From the NCBI GenBank assembly GCA_963814185.1, contig CAWFCF010000004.1, positions 896,358-960,357 of the forward strand: a stretch of 64,000 bases of DNA, given 5' to 3'. Shown here one piece after another: positions 1 to 7,777 of this stretch. Position numbers and translations under genes: made by a program. This DNA is from an uncultured Chloroflexia bacterium. Its GTDB lineage: Bacteria; Chloroflexota; Anaerolineae; Aggregatilineales; Phototrophicaceae. The notes beneath the pieces are model-generated. The model saw only the letters and a program-made list of their open reading frames with translations, was not told where the DNA came from and made no database searches. Within the stretch, counting starts at the first letter, position 1, and the number at the start of each line of letters is the position of its first letter.

Positions 1-523
1 AGCGCCGATCCGCCTGCACGCTGGTGAGCAGGTCGCGCCCGCGCGCGGTGAAGGGCAGAAACAGCCGATCCTGCGCGCGGCGGATCAAGAATTCGCCCGC
101 GAAGGTCGCAGCGGACAGGTCAGATGCCTGTCCCTGCCAGTCCTGCTCGGCGGCGGCTTCCGGCTGATCGGATTCGATGTCCGCGACCGTGCCGGACACG
201 TCGAGCAACTCCGCCTGCTGATCGATGAACTGCGGCAGCGCCAAATCGAGGTTTTCCCGCTTGAGCGCGATGCCTTCGATCACGCCGATGGCGCGCCCGG
301 CGTGGGTGCGCCCGCTGTTGTAATGCCGCAGCAGCAGCAGGTATTCGCCGAGCGGGAAATAGTACAGGCTCGGAAATTCCGCCGTCAGGCGCGACACGTC
401 GGTGACGTAGTTGAAGATCGCGCCGATGGCGCTCACGTCCTTGTTGGTCAGCAGCGCCGGGCGGACGAACGCCGTGAAGTCCTGCCGCTGATTGCGCGTA
501 AAGAGGAACGGTTCGTAACGCAT
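1..523 (-). CDS. hypothetical protein, N-terminal 174 aa only (gene runs off the left edge); second gene of the GTPase operon
   Basis: Absent from the ORF track because it has no stop in the window. My translation from ATG 523-521 (MRYEPFLFTRNQRQDFTAFVRPALLTNKDVSAIGAIFNYV...) stays open to nt 1. It starts 11 nt after the GTPase stop. No motif recognised. Confidence 0.5.
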   Translation of the reverse strand, partial: MRYEPFLFTRNQRQDFTAFVRPALLTNKDVSAIGAIFNYVTDVSRLTAEFPSLYYFPLGEYLLLLRHYNSGRTHAGRAIGVIEGIALKRENLDLALPQFIDQQAELLDVSGTVADIESDQPEAAAEQDWQGQASDLSAATFAGEFLIRRAQDRLFLPFTARGRDLLTSVQADRR

Positions 524-534
524 CGCGTCGTCGC

Positions 535-1566
535 CTAAACCAGCAGCGGACGCATCTTCTTATTGGCGGTGCGCGTCACCGTCCTGATCTTCGGCTCCAA
601 TTCTTTGAGGCGCTCGGCGGTGGTTTTGCGCTCGTCCTCAAGCTGGTGGATGGTGCGCCCACGCAAAATCCGCGAGAGGACGTTGCGATCCATCCGCGAG
701 AGCCGCAGTTCGAGGTCGCCGATTTCCTCCTCAAGCACCAGCGCGTTGCGGTCGAGTTCGTTGCCGATGGAATACAGGAACGGATACTGGATGTTCTCCG
801 GCTCCGGCGACCCCACCAGTTGGAAGCTGGCGAGGTCGTAGCCCTCGCCCTCGGTGGCGACGGCGGCGTTGCCATCCCCGACAATCGACACCGCCAGCAT
901 CGCCGAGGGGTAGAGCCACGGTCGCAGGCTGCTGACTTTGGCGCGCTCCTCCAGCACGAAATCGTGGATGCCGTAGAAGACCTCGCGGGCTTTGGCGTAG
1001 AGCTTCGCGTAGTCATTGGCTTTGTATTCGTCCGGCAGCACGTCGGCTTTGGTGAGGACGATGGCGACGGTAATGCCGCTGTTCAGCCCCTCGTCGCCTT
1101 CCTGCGCGGGCTTGAACTTATAGGTATTGAGCAGGTGGAAGATCAGCGGGGCGGAGGTGAGCATCCGCGCCTCGATCAGCGGGCGGGTGGCGATAGTGTA
1201 GGCATCCGCCACGATGATCACGGCGTTGCTCTCCTGAATGTCGGCGTGAAGCTGCGCCGCCGCGTCGGATTCGTCTGTCGGCTGGTTGATGGCGCCGCCC
1301 TGATAATCGACCCAGAGGAAATCGGTGATGAACTGATCCTGAAAGTAGAGCTTGAAGCGGTCTTCGCGCCGTCCCATGGTGGGCGCGGGCCACTGCTTGA
1401 CCATGACGAAATCGCTCCACGGCTTCATGTACTTGGTGGTCGTATCGACATCTTCGTCTTCGATGCGAAAGCCTTCGATGCCTTCGACCATCAGATACAG
1501 CAGCGCCAGCGTGTAACAGGTTTTCCCCTGACCCGTGCCTCCAAACAGCGTGACCTTAAGGGACAT
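535..1566 (-). CDS. stand-alone TRAFAC/Ras-like P-loop GTPase with charged coiled-coil-like C-terminal tail
   Basis: ORF 535..1593, with the start moved to ATG 1566 (AAGGAAA SD 7 nt upstream). G1 GGTGQGKT, G3 DYQG, G4 TKAD. The last ~70 aa are rich in E/R/K/L (LEEEIGDLELRLSRMDRN...ERLKELEPKIR). Confidence 0.7.
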   Translation of the reverse strand: MSLKVTLFGGTGQGKTCYTLALLYLMVEGIEGFRIEDEDVDTTTKYMKPWSDFVMVKQWPAPTMGRREDRFKLYFQDQFITDFLWVDYQGGAINQPTDESDAAAQLHADIQESNAVIIVADAYTIATRPLIEARMLTSAPLIFHLLNTYKFKPAQEGDEGLNSGITVAIVLTKADVLPDEYKANDYAKLYAKAREVFYGIHDFVLEERAKVSSLRPWLYPSAMLAVSIVGDGNAAVATEGEGYDLASFQLVGSPEPENIQYPFLYSIGNELDRNALVLEEEIGDLELRLSRMDRNVLSRILRGRTIHQLEDERKTTAERLKELEPKIRTVTRTANKKMRPLLV

Positions 1567-1602
1567 CGTGTTTTCCTTGTATGCGCAACTCAATGTGCCC
1601 TT

Positions 1603-1630
1603 AGTGTAACTTTTGTTCGGTTGCTGTCAA
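1603..1630 (-). promoter_or_regulatory. sigma70-type promoter of the GTPase operon (TTGACA-16 nt-TACACT)
   Basis: Reverse complement of 1603..1630 reads TTGACAgcaaccgaacaaaagtTACACT. It lies about 35 nt upstream of ATG 1566 and directly downstream of the hicA stop. Confidence 0.5.
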
Positions 1631-1680
1631 CGCGCGTGAGGTGATTGTTAATGTGGAAATTGTGACTACCGGGGCAGCCG

Positions 1681-1927
1681 CTAATCCGCATAAAATCGGT
1701 CGTGTATTTCCTCGTCTGACAGATATTCACTCGCCTGACGTAAGATACTTTTCAGCGTCCCAATGGGGATCGGCTGGTTGCCATGCACCGGGATATTTAG
1801 ATTTTGATGCTCCAGCGATGATTCGCTGTAAATGGGTGTGACTGCCACGTGTGCGGACGATCTCAAATCCATACTGCCTGAATATCTCAATCACCTGCTT
1901 GCCGTTTAGACGGCGCAGTTTAGGCAT
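1681..1927 (-). pseudogene. hicA: HicA-family mRNA-interferase toxin, frameshifted as sequenced
   Basis: MPKLRRLNGKQVIEIFRQYGFEIVRTRGSH lies in the frame of ORF 1727..1963. NIPVHGNQPIPIGTLKSILRQA lies in the frame of ORF 1681..1890. Together they form a complete HicA/YcfA-like protein. Length 247 nt (3n+1), with the frame switch near 1806-1816. Confidence 0.7.
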
Positions 1928-2180
1928 ACTGCGGCAGTTCCATAATAAGCTGCACTTTAGCACTCGGAGATACGCCGTACTCGGCAGCGCTGTCGGTATC
2001 CTTGAGGGTCAAGTCCAGACTTTCGCGGATATTGGTCAGCAGTTCTTCAAAGGTTTCGGCATCGGTCACAAAGTGCAGGTCGTCGCTGGACGCGACATAA
2101 TAGGGATGCCCGACATCGCCCTCGTCCCGACCGTCGAAGAACTCAACCTTCACGTATACTGTCTGTTTCAAGTTTCCCAC
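1920..2180 (-). CDS. hicB: HicB-like antitoxin (short UPF0150-type, no DNA-binding domain)
   Basis: 86-aa acidic protein (VYVKVEFFDGRDEGDVGHPYYVASSDDLHFVTDAETFEEL). Its stop overlaps the hicA ATG by 8 nt. GTG start with a GGAG SD. Confidence 0.55.
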   Translation of the reverse strand: MGNLKQTVYVKVEFFDGRDEGDVGHPYYVASSDDLHFVTDAETFEELLTNIRESLDLTLKDTDSAAEYGVSPSAKVQLIMELPQYA

Positions 2181-2203
2181 TTATTGATCTCCACAAACTA
2201 TTT

Positions 2204-2788
2204 TCACTCAAACAACTTAGGCAGTGGGATTTGAAAGCCGGGAATGACTTCGCCGAAGTCGAGAATATCGTCTCCGCTGAGAGAAAGAGCCTGCTTTAAA
2301 TTGGGGGCATAGACGAATGTTCGACGGCTCTGCGGATCAATGACGATGATCGGGCGCACACCATCGGTCAAATAGGCGTCCACTTTGTCGGTGACTTCCG
2401 TAAATTTGTCGGTAGGGGATACAACCTCAACCACGAGATCGGGCACAATTAAATACGGCGTTTTCCCGCAATCAGGATTTGCCTCACGATAAGCGACGAG
2501 ACGTTCGGTGGTAATGAACATCAAGTCCGGTGTGCGCGAGCCAGTGACCCAGTTCGAATCGTAATGATCGGGAAGAACGTAAGTAGCTTCGGGGCGGACG
2601 ATACCGAAGTTTTGCGTATTGACAGCGGCACTCAACATCATGAGAAGCCAATAAATTGTGTCATTATGATCAGTAATGGTAGGCAACCGAGGAATCCGTT
2701 CGCCGTTGATCAACTCAAACATTTCTTCATTGGTCTGGCGAATGAATTCGTCCAGCGGCATTCCGACTTTTTCGTGAACGGCAGACAT
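2204..2788 (-). CDS. Uma2-family (DUF820) restriction-endonuclease-fold protein
   Basis: ORF 2204..2797. ATG 2788 has a GAGGTG SD. PD-(D/E)xK-like core PDLMF...VPDLVVEVVSPTDK, typical of Uma2 proteins. Confidence 0.7.
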   Translation of the reverse strand: MSAVHEKVGMPLDEFIRQTNEEMFELINGERIPRLPTITDHNDTIYWLLMMLSAAVNTQNFGIVRPEATYVLPDHYDSNWVTGSRTPDLMFITTERLVAYREANPDCGKTPYLIVPDLVVEVVSPTDKFTEVTDKVDAYLTDGVRPIIVIDPQSRRTFVYAPNLKQALSLSGDDILDFGEVIPGFQIPLPKLFE

Positions 2789-2810
2789 ATGCCCCACCTC
2801 TCGGCTGGTT

Positions 2811-4316
2811 TTACTGCATTATAACGTTGGATACGCGGGTCGGTTCATGCGGGAGCGTCGCCAGTTGATCCAGCTTGGCGACCGCGCGCGGCAGCGTGAC
2901 CTGATGGTAAAGCATCGACGCAACCCGCCGCATCAGCGCCGGATTGAGTTGGCGCGGGTCGCGCAGCAGGCTTTGCAATTCGCGGCGGGTCTTGCGGGCG
3001 CGATACTCCTTATGAACGACGGTGTGCAACTGGCGATAGAACTCGGTTCGAAAGGGTCCGCGATACAGCATAGCGAGGTCTTCGCTGTCGATCCAGTTTT
3101 CGCGCTCGCCTAACTCATGCTTGACCGCCTCGTAAAACTTGGTGCCCGGCAGCGGATAGCTGACCGAGATGCCGATGTCGTCGGGCATCAGGTCGCGCAC
3201 CATTTGCAGGGTCAGCTCGATGTCGGCGCGAGTCTCGCCGGGGTAGCCGAACTGCAAGAAGAAGGCGACCTTGACGCCGTTTTCGTGCAGCTTACGAGTG
3301 GCGTCGTAAATCTGGGCGACAGTGGTGCCTTTCTCCATCGCGTCGAGGATTTTCTGCGATCCGCTTTCCGCGCCGACCCAGACAATCGACGCGCCCGCCC
3401 GCGCCAGCGCTGGGATGGTCTTGCCCCGCAGCAGCAGATCGACCCGGTTGAGGCTCTTGAATGGGATGCTCAGCTTACGCGCGTCCAGCAAGTCGGCGAA
3501 CTCCTCGATCCACCGATCCTGAATGCCCATGATGTCGTCCATGAACCAGATCGAGTCCGGGTTGAAGCGTTCTTTCAGCCACGCCATTTCCTCGACCACG
3601 TTCTGCGGGCTGCGGACGTTGTAACGCTGCCCCCAGATCGGCTTGGCGCACCAGTTGCAGTGAAACGGACAGCCGCGCGTCGTGACCAGATTCATCGAAT
3701 AGTAGCCGTGATGCTCGATCCACAGCGCGCGGTAGCGATCCCGATCCACCAAGTCCCACGCCGGGAAGGGGAGATCATCCAGCTTGGTGATCACCGGGCG
3801 CGGGAGCGTGCGAATGACCTCGCCTTCCGCTTTCCGGTAGGCGATTCCCTGAATCGATTCCAGCGAGGTCGCGCGCTTGCCTTCGAGGTGATCGATCAGT
3901 TCGGGTAAGGCGGCGTCGCCCTCGCCGATCAGCACGTAATCCGCGCCGCGCGCCAGATACAAATCGGCATGATCGGTTTCGTCCGCGCCGCAGCAGATCA
4001 CTACGCAGCCGCGCGCCTTCGCCGCGTCGATCATGGTGAAGGCGGCTTCGCGCATCCGCAGCAGCGACATTTTGCTCAGGTAGTTGAAATTATCCTCGAA
4101 CAGCAGCGCGTAACGCGGGCGCTCCCGGTCGAGCGCCGCCGCCCAGTCATCGGTCGATTGGGCGAGCATAGCGTCGAACAGCGCCGCGCTGTATCCGCGA
4201 TTCCGCATGATGCTGGCGGCGAAGAGCGTGCCCAGCGGCGGATAGGGCTGCATCGCCGCGTAGAGCTTGGGATCGAAGCGCGGATAATACGACTGCCCGA
4301 ACAATAGGTCAGTCAT
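2811..4316 (-). CDS. B12-binding-domain radical SAM protein
   Basis: CxxxCxxC cluster motif TTRGCPFHCNWCAKP, preceded by a Rossmann-like B12-binding N-domain (VVICCGADETDH...YVLIGEGD). The start is taken at ATG 4316, which forms an ATGA overlap with the upstream gene stop. Confidence 0.8.
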   Translation of the reverse strand: MTDLLFGQSYYPRFDPKLYAAMQPYPPLGTLFAASIMRNRGYSAALFDAMLAQSTDDWAAALDRERPRYALLFEDNFNYLSKMSLLRMREAAFTMIDAAKARGCVVICCGADETDHADLYLARGADYVLIGEGDAALPELIDHLEGKRATSLESIQGIAYRKAEGEVIRTLPRPVITKLDDLPFPAWDLVDRDRYRALWIEHHGYYSMNLVTTRGCPFHCNWCAKPIWGQRYNVRSPQNVVEEMAWLKERFNPDSIWFMDDIMGIQDRWIEEFADLLDARKLSIPFKSLNRVDLLLRGKTIPALARAGASIVWVGAESGSQKILDAMEKGTTVAQIYDATRKLHENGVKVAFFLQFGYPGETRADIELTLQMVRDLMPDDIGISVSYPLPGTKFYEAVKHELGERENWIDSEDLAMLYRGPFRTEFYRQLHTVVHKEYRARKTRRELQSLLRDPRQLNPALMRRVASMLYHQVTLPRAVAKLDQLATLPHEPTRVSNVIMQ

Positions 4317-4723
4317 TCGATGTCCCCGCGCACGTGCAGCGGCGTCACGCGAATCGGCAGCGACCACGTTTGGATGTAGGTTTCGAGTGTGTAACCGATC
4401 TCGGTGATCAGGTCTTTGTACTTCTGGAAATAGGCGGGCAATTGAGTGGCGGGCGGGATCAACTCGTCAATCTGTGCCTCACCTTGCAGCACGAAGTAAT
4501 CGCCCGCGTCCTGATTTGCCAAACTCAGCGCGACTTTAGGATTGGTGCGTATATTTTTGACTTTGAAAGCGTTGGGCATGGAATAGGTGATGAAGCTGTC
4601 GCCGTCGCGGACGAACCAGACCGGGGTCGGCTGCGGCATCCCGTCGGCGCGCACGGTCGTAAACCAGATGAATTCGGACTTGGCGATAATCTCATCGTAC
4701 TTTTCGGGAATAGTTACGCTCAT
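4313..4723 (-). CDS. pyridoxamine 5'-phosphate oxidase family protein (possibly F420-dependent class)
   Basis: 136 aa. FIWFTTVRADGMPQPTPVWFVRDGDSFITYS...KVKNIRTNPKVALSL fits the split-barrel PPOX pattern. Confidence 0.6.
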   Translation of the reverse strand: MSVTIPEKYDEIIAKSEFIWFTTVRADGMPQPTPVWFVRDGDSFITYSMPNAFKVKNIRTNPKVALSLANQDAGDYFVLQGEAQIDELIPPATQLPAYFQKYKDLITEIGYTLETYIQTWSLPIRVTPLHVRGDIE

Positions 4724-4742
4724 TTAATCTCGGCTCCTACCT

Positions 4743-4770
4743 GTAAGGCGGGTTTGATACCCGCCCCTAC
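4743..4770. repeat. degenerate copy of the GTAGGGGC...GCCCCTAC palindromic hairpin element
   Basis: GTAAGGCGGGTttgatACCCGCCCCTAC between the PPOX start and the amidohydrolase stop. The right arm contains the stop codon at 4767-4769. Confidence 0.5.
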
Positions 4771-5972
4771 AGAAGATACAATTTGCGTTTTTTAGGTGGG
4801 TCTTCCAGTAATTCTAGCCCCGGTTCTCGAAGTGTGCAGCGCGCAATCTGCCGGGCGAGCTTCAGGTTGATGCTCTTTTCCCTACCGTCCAGCCGGGCGA
4901 GGACGGTTTTCACGTGCGCAAAGCGCGCCATCACGTCGGGGTCGCCGATCTGCGGCTCGCCGCCGCGCACGACCAGCGGAATGTCGCGGCGGCAGTCTTC
5001 GCCGTCGGGCACGATGAACCAATCCGCAGAAGCGCCGGGTTGGAGATGACCTACATCACTCAGTCCCAAGATGTGCCCAACGTCCCGCACAAAAACCGGT
5101 TCATCATAGTCCGACGGAATAGCAGTTAGACGATCCACGAAGTCATCGAGCTTGCAGACAAACTCGTCCATGAGATCGCCGTCCGCTGTCAGGCGTAAAT
5201 CACTTCCGAGTGCGAATTTGCCGCCCAACTCGTCCCAAGCGACGACATTGGCGGTTTTGCCCAGCAGATAGAGATTAGTTGTCGGACACCACACCAGCCC
5301 GCGCACGCGCGGCGCGGCGTCGGCGATGTCCGCGTCGGTTAAGCCGACGCCGTGAACGATGACCGTATTCGAGCCGACACAGCCGAGCGCCTTGAGCCTC
5401 CGATACTCGCCTGCGGCGGCCGCGTCCGTGCCTTCGGCGAGGTGGATGAACCACGCCACGTCCGGCGGCGTGCGCCGATACGAGGCGACGATTTCCGCGT
5501 CGGTCGAGAGGTAGAGCGAGTGCGCCCAGCCGTACTTTCTCAGCACGCGCACCGGAAAATGCTTGCGAAACAGGCATCTGTGCGGCGGATTGTGATGGAC
5601 GACAGTGGTCGCGCCGCAGAGCAGGTTCTTCAGTCCGCCGATGAAGCAGCGATCTGCCAGCGGGTAGGCGCGCAGCTCCTTGAAGGGCGACTGGTTCAGA
5701 TGCGCGTTTACGTCGGCGCTCCACTGACTGGCGTTGTCGTAGCGCTCGCGGTACTTGGTGCGCGGGTAGTGGTTCAGTTCGAGGTGATCGTGGGCGTTGA
5801 TCAAGCCGGGGAAAATCGTGTGCCCGCTCAGGTCAACCGTGACGGCGTTATGCGGGCGCTCGGCAACCACGACATCGGTGGTGAACAGGTCGCGCTGCTC
5901 GAAGCCGCTGCCGTTCCAGATGTGGGCGTTTTGGATGTGCAGGGGCGAGAGACAAGGCGACCTCACCCCCAA
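4767..5972 (-). CDS. amidohydrolase-superfamily metallo-hydrolase
   Basis: N-terminal HxH metal motif PGLINAHDHLELNHYP. 401-aa ORF. The start codon is uncertain (TTG 5972 or an internal GTG). Confidence 0.65.
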   Translation of the reverse strand: MGVRSPCLSPLHIQNAHIWNGSGFEQRDLFTTDVVVAERPHNAVTVDLSGHTIFPGLINAHDHLELNHYPRTKYRERYDNASQWSADVNAHLNQSPFKELRAYPLADRCFIGGLKNLLCGATTVVHHNPPHRCLFRKHFPVRVLRKYGWAHSLYLSTDAEIVASYRRTPPDVAWFIHLAEGTDAAAAGEYRRLKALGCVGSNTVIVHGVGLTDADIADAAPRVRGLVWCPTTNLYLLGKTANVVAWDELGGKFALGSDLRLTADGDLMDEFVCKLDDFVDRLTAIPSDYDEPVFVRDVGHILGLSDVGHLQPGASADWFIVPDGEDCRRDIPLVVRGGEPQIGDPDVMARFAHVKTVLARLDGREKSINLKLARQIARCTLREPGLELLEDPPKKRKLYLL

Positions 5973-6023
5973 CCCCTCTCCATACGGAGAGGAGAGTCAA
6001 GCGTGGCGAGACGGGGTGAGGTC
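5959..6023. repeat. nested palindromic element (11-bp outer stem, 7-bp inner stem)
   Basis: GACCTCACCCC (5959-5969) pairs perfectly with GGGGTGAGGTC (6013-6023). Inside it, CCTCTCC-atac-GGAGAGG occupies 5975-5992. The element sits between the Zn-ribbon gene stop and the amidohydrolase start. Confidence 0.6.
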
Positions 6024-6029
6024 TGCGGT

Positions 6030-6326
6030 TCAGTCATATTTCGTATTCAACGTCGGCGCGTACTTGTTGACGGTTTCCTCGCCCAGCTTGCTGACCAGCG
6101 TCTCGCGCAGCTTAGGCGTTTCCTCCGCCCACTTTTCCTGAAGCTGTTGCTTGCTGGCGTTCTCGCCGAGGCTGGCGCTCATGCCCTGCATGACGGCGGG
6201 CGCGCTGGTGATCAAGCGCTGGACTTCGGCTGCGCCGCAGACCGGGCAGGCGGGCGCGGGATCGTCAAAGCCGTGACGCGCCTCGAAGCTGTGCCCGTTG
6301 GCGCAGCGATAATCATAAAGCGGCAT
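6030..6326 (-). CDS. FmdB-family zinc-ribbon protein
   Basis: MPLYDYRCANGHSFE...CPVCGAAEVQRLIS: a CxxC/CxxC zinc ribbon at the N-terminus. GAGGTG SD. Confidence 0.75.
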   Translation of the reverse strand: MPLYDYRCANGHSFEARHGFDDPAPACPVCGAAEVQRLITSAPAVMQGMSASLGENASKQQLQEKWAEETPKLRETLVSKLGEETVNKYAPTLNTKYD

Positions 6327-6441
6327 TGGATCACCTCATGATCGTGTGTACATCCATTGTAACCCAGATGCCGCGATCCGCGCGGAAGCCCATTGGGTGG
6401 GCGGAGAACACAACGGGATTCTTCTGGCGCTTGCAGCAGGC

Positions 6442-6708
6442 TTATCGAGCCGCGTGCTCCAAAATGAACACTGCGGCGAACGCGGCGATCACGATTCCCG
6501 CCTGAAGCGCCAGTATGGTGAGCGCTGATTTGGGCGCGCGTGGCAGCCACTTGACGGCGAAATAGGCGACAAAGGGTATCTGTGCGACCATTAAGAGCTG
6601 CCAGAGATGGGCTTCTGCGCCTTCATCTACCTGTCGAACGAACCCGTGAACAGCTATATAAATCAGGGGTATCGCCAGCGCGACCAACTCCATTGCAAGC
6701 GGAATCAC
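6442..6708 (-). CDS. small hypothetical membrane protein (3 predicted TM helices)
   Basis: 88-aa hydrophobic ORF with no competing gene on the other strand. No motif. Confidence 0.4.
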   Translation of the reverse strand: MIPLAMELVALAIPLIYIAVHGFVRQVDEGAEAHLWQLLMVAQIPFVAYFAVKWLPRAPKSALTILALQAGIVIAAFAAVFILEHAAR

Positions 6709-6829
6709 GGCGCTTGGCTTTCGGATCAGCGAGAATTCATCGCCACTCGACCTCCTTTACGCACGACTGACCTCATTCATGCTTACCACGAGGCGGCATC
6801 AGGCTCAAGCACCTGAGTGCATGGAAGGG

Positions 6830-7777
6830 CTATTCCAGCCGAATGCGCGGGTTGAGCAGGGCGTAAAGCAGGTCAGCGATCAGGTTCGCCAGCGCGAAGA
6901 AGAAGATCGTCACCATCACGGTCGCCTGCATCAGCGGGATGTCCTTGCTCTGGACGGCGTTGGTCATCAGCCGACCTAAGCCCGGATAGCTGAACACGTT
7001 CTCGATGATGATCAGCCCGCCGATCAGCCAGCCGAACGACAGCGCTATCACGGTGATGGTGGGCAGCAGGGCGTTGCGCAGCACGTGCTTGAAGATCACC
7101 TGACGCTGCGGCATCCCCTTCAGAATAGCGGTGCGGACGTAGGGCTTTTTGAGTTCGTCGATTACGCCCGCGCGAGTCATGCGGACGACGTAAGCCATCA
7201 GCACGAAGGTCGCCGCCAGCGCGGGCAGAATCAACTGGCGCAGCCAATCGCCAAAGCTGGAACCGGGCACCACGTTGGAGCTGGCGGGGAACCAGCCCAA
7301 GCCGAGCGCCAGCACGTTGATCAGCACCAGCCCGGTGACGAACTCCGGCAGTCCCACTACCGAGAGCGTCAGCACCGAAATCAGCGTATCCAGCCAGCGG
7401 TTCTCGTTCAGCCCGGCGATCACGCCCAGCAAAATCGAGATCGGGATGCTGATCAACATGGTCAGCAGGGCGAGCCGCATTGAATTGCCGAGCCGATCCA
7501 TCACCAGCGGGCGGATGGGCGCGTTGCCGCCGCTGAACGATCTGCCCCAGTCGCCCACCACGAAGCCTTTCAGCCAGTTCACGTACTGCATGGGCACGGG
7601 CTGGTTCAAGCCAAGCTGCTGGCGCAGGCTCTCGACTGCTTCCGGGCGGGCGTCGCGTCCGAGGATCAGGCGCGCCACGTCGCCGGGGAGAAGCTGGGTC
7701 AGCGCGAAGATCAGGATCGAAGTCAGCAGCAGCGTGATTGCCAGCAGGACGATGCGGCGGATCAGGTAGCGCAGCAT
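6830..7777 (-). CDS. peptide/nickel-type ABC transporter permease (DppB/OppB-like)
   Basis: 315 aa. MLRYLIRRIVLL N-terminus and the central EAA-type loop YVRTAILKGMPQRQVIFKHVLRNALLP. Confidence 0.85.
   Translation of the reverse strand: MLRYLIRRIVLLAITLLLTSILIFALTQLLPGDVARLILGRDARPEAVESLRQQLGLNQPVPMQYVNWLKGFVVGDWGRSFSGGNAPIRPLVMDRLGNSMRLALLTMLISIPISILLGVIAGLNENRWLDTLISVLTLSVVGLPEFVTGLVLINVLALGLGWFPASSNVVPGSSFGDWLRQLILPALAATFVLMAYVVRMTRAGVIDELKKPYVRTAILKGMPQRQVIFKHVLRNALLPTITVIALSFGWLIGGLIIIENVFSYPGLGRLMTNAVQSKDIPLMQATVMVTIFFFALANLIADLLYALLNPRIRLE

Noticed and set aside
302-1644. Plus-strand ORFs 302..538, 563..841 and 646..1644, and minus-strand ORFs 576..1016, 731..919 and 1118..1420.
   Set aside because: They overlap the GTPase gene or its partner in other frames or on the other strand. 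Their composition is low-complexity and Arg/Ser-rich, with no motifs.
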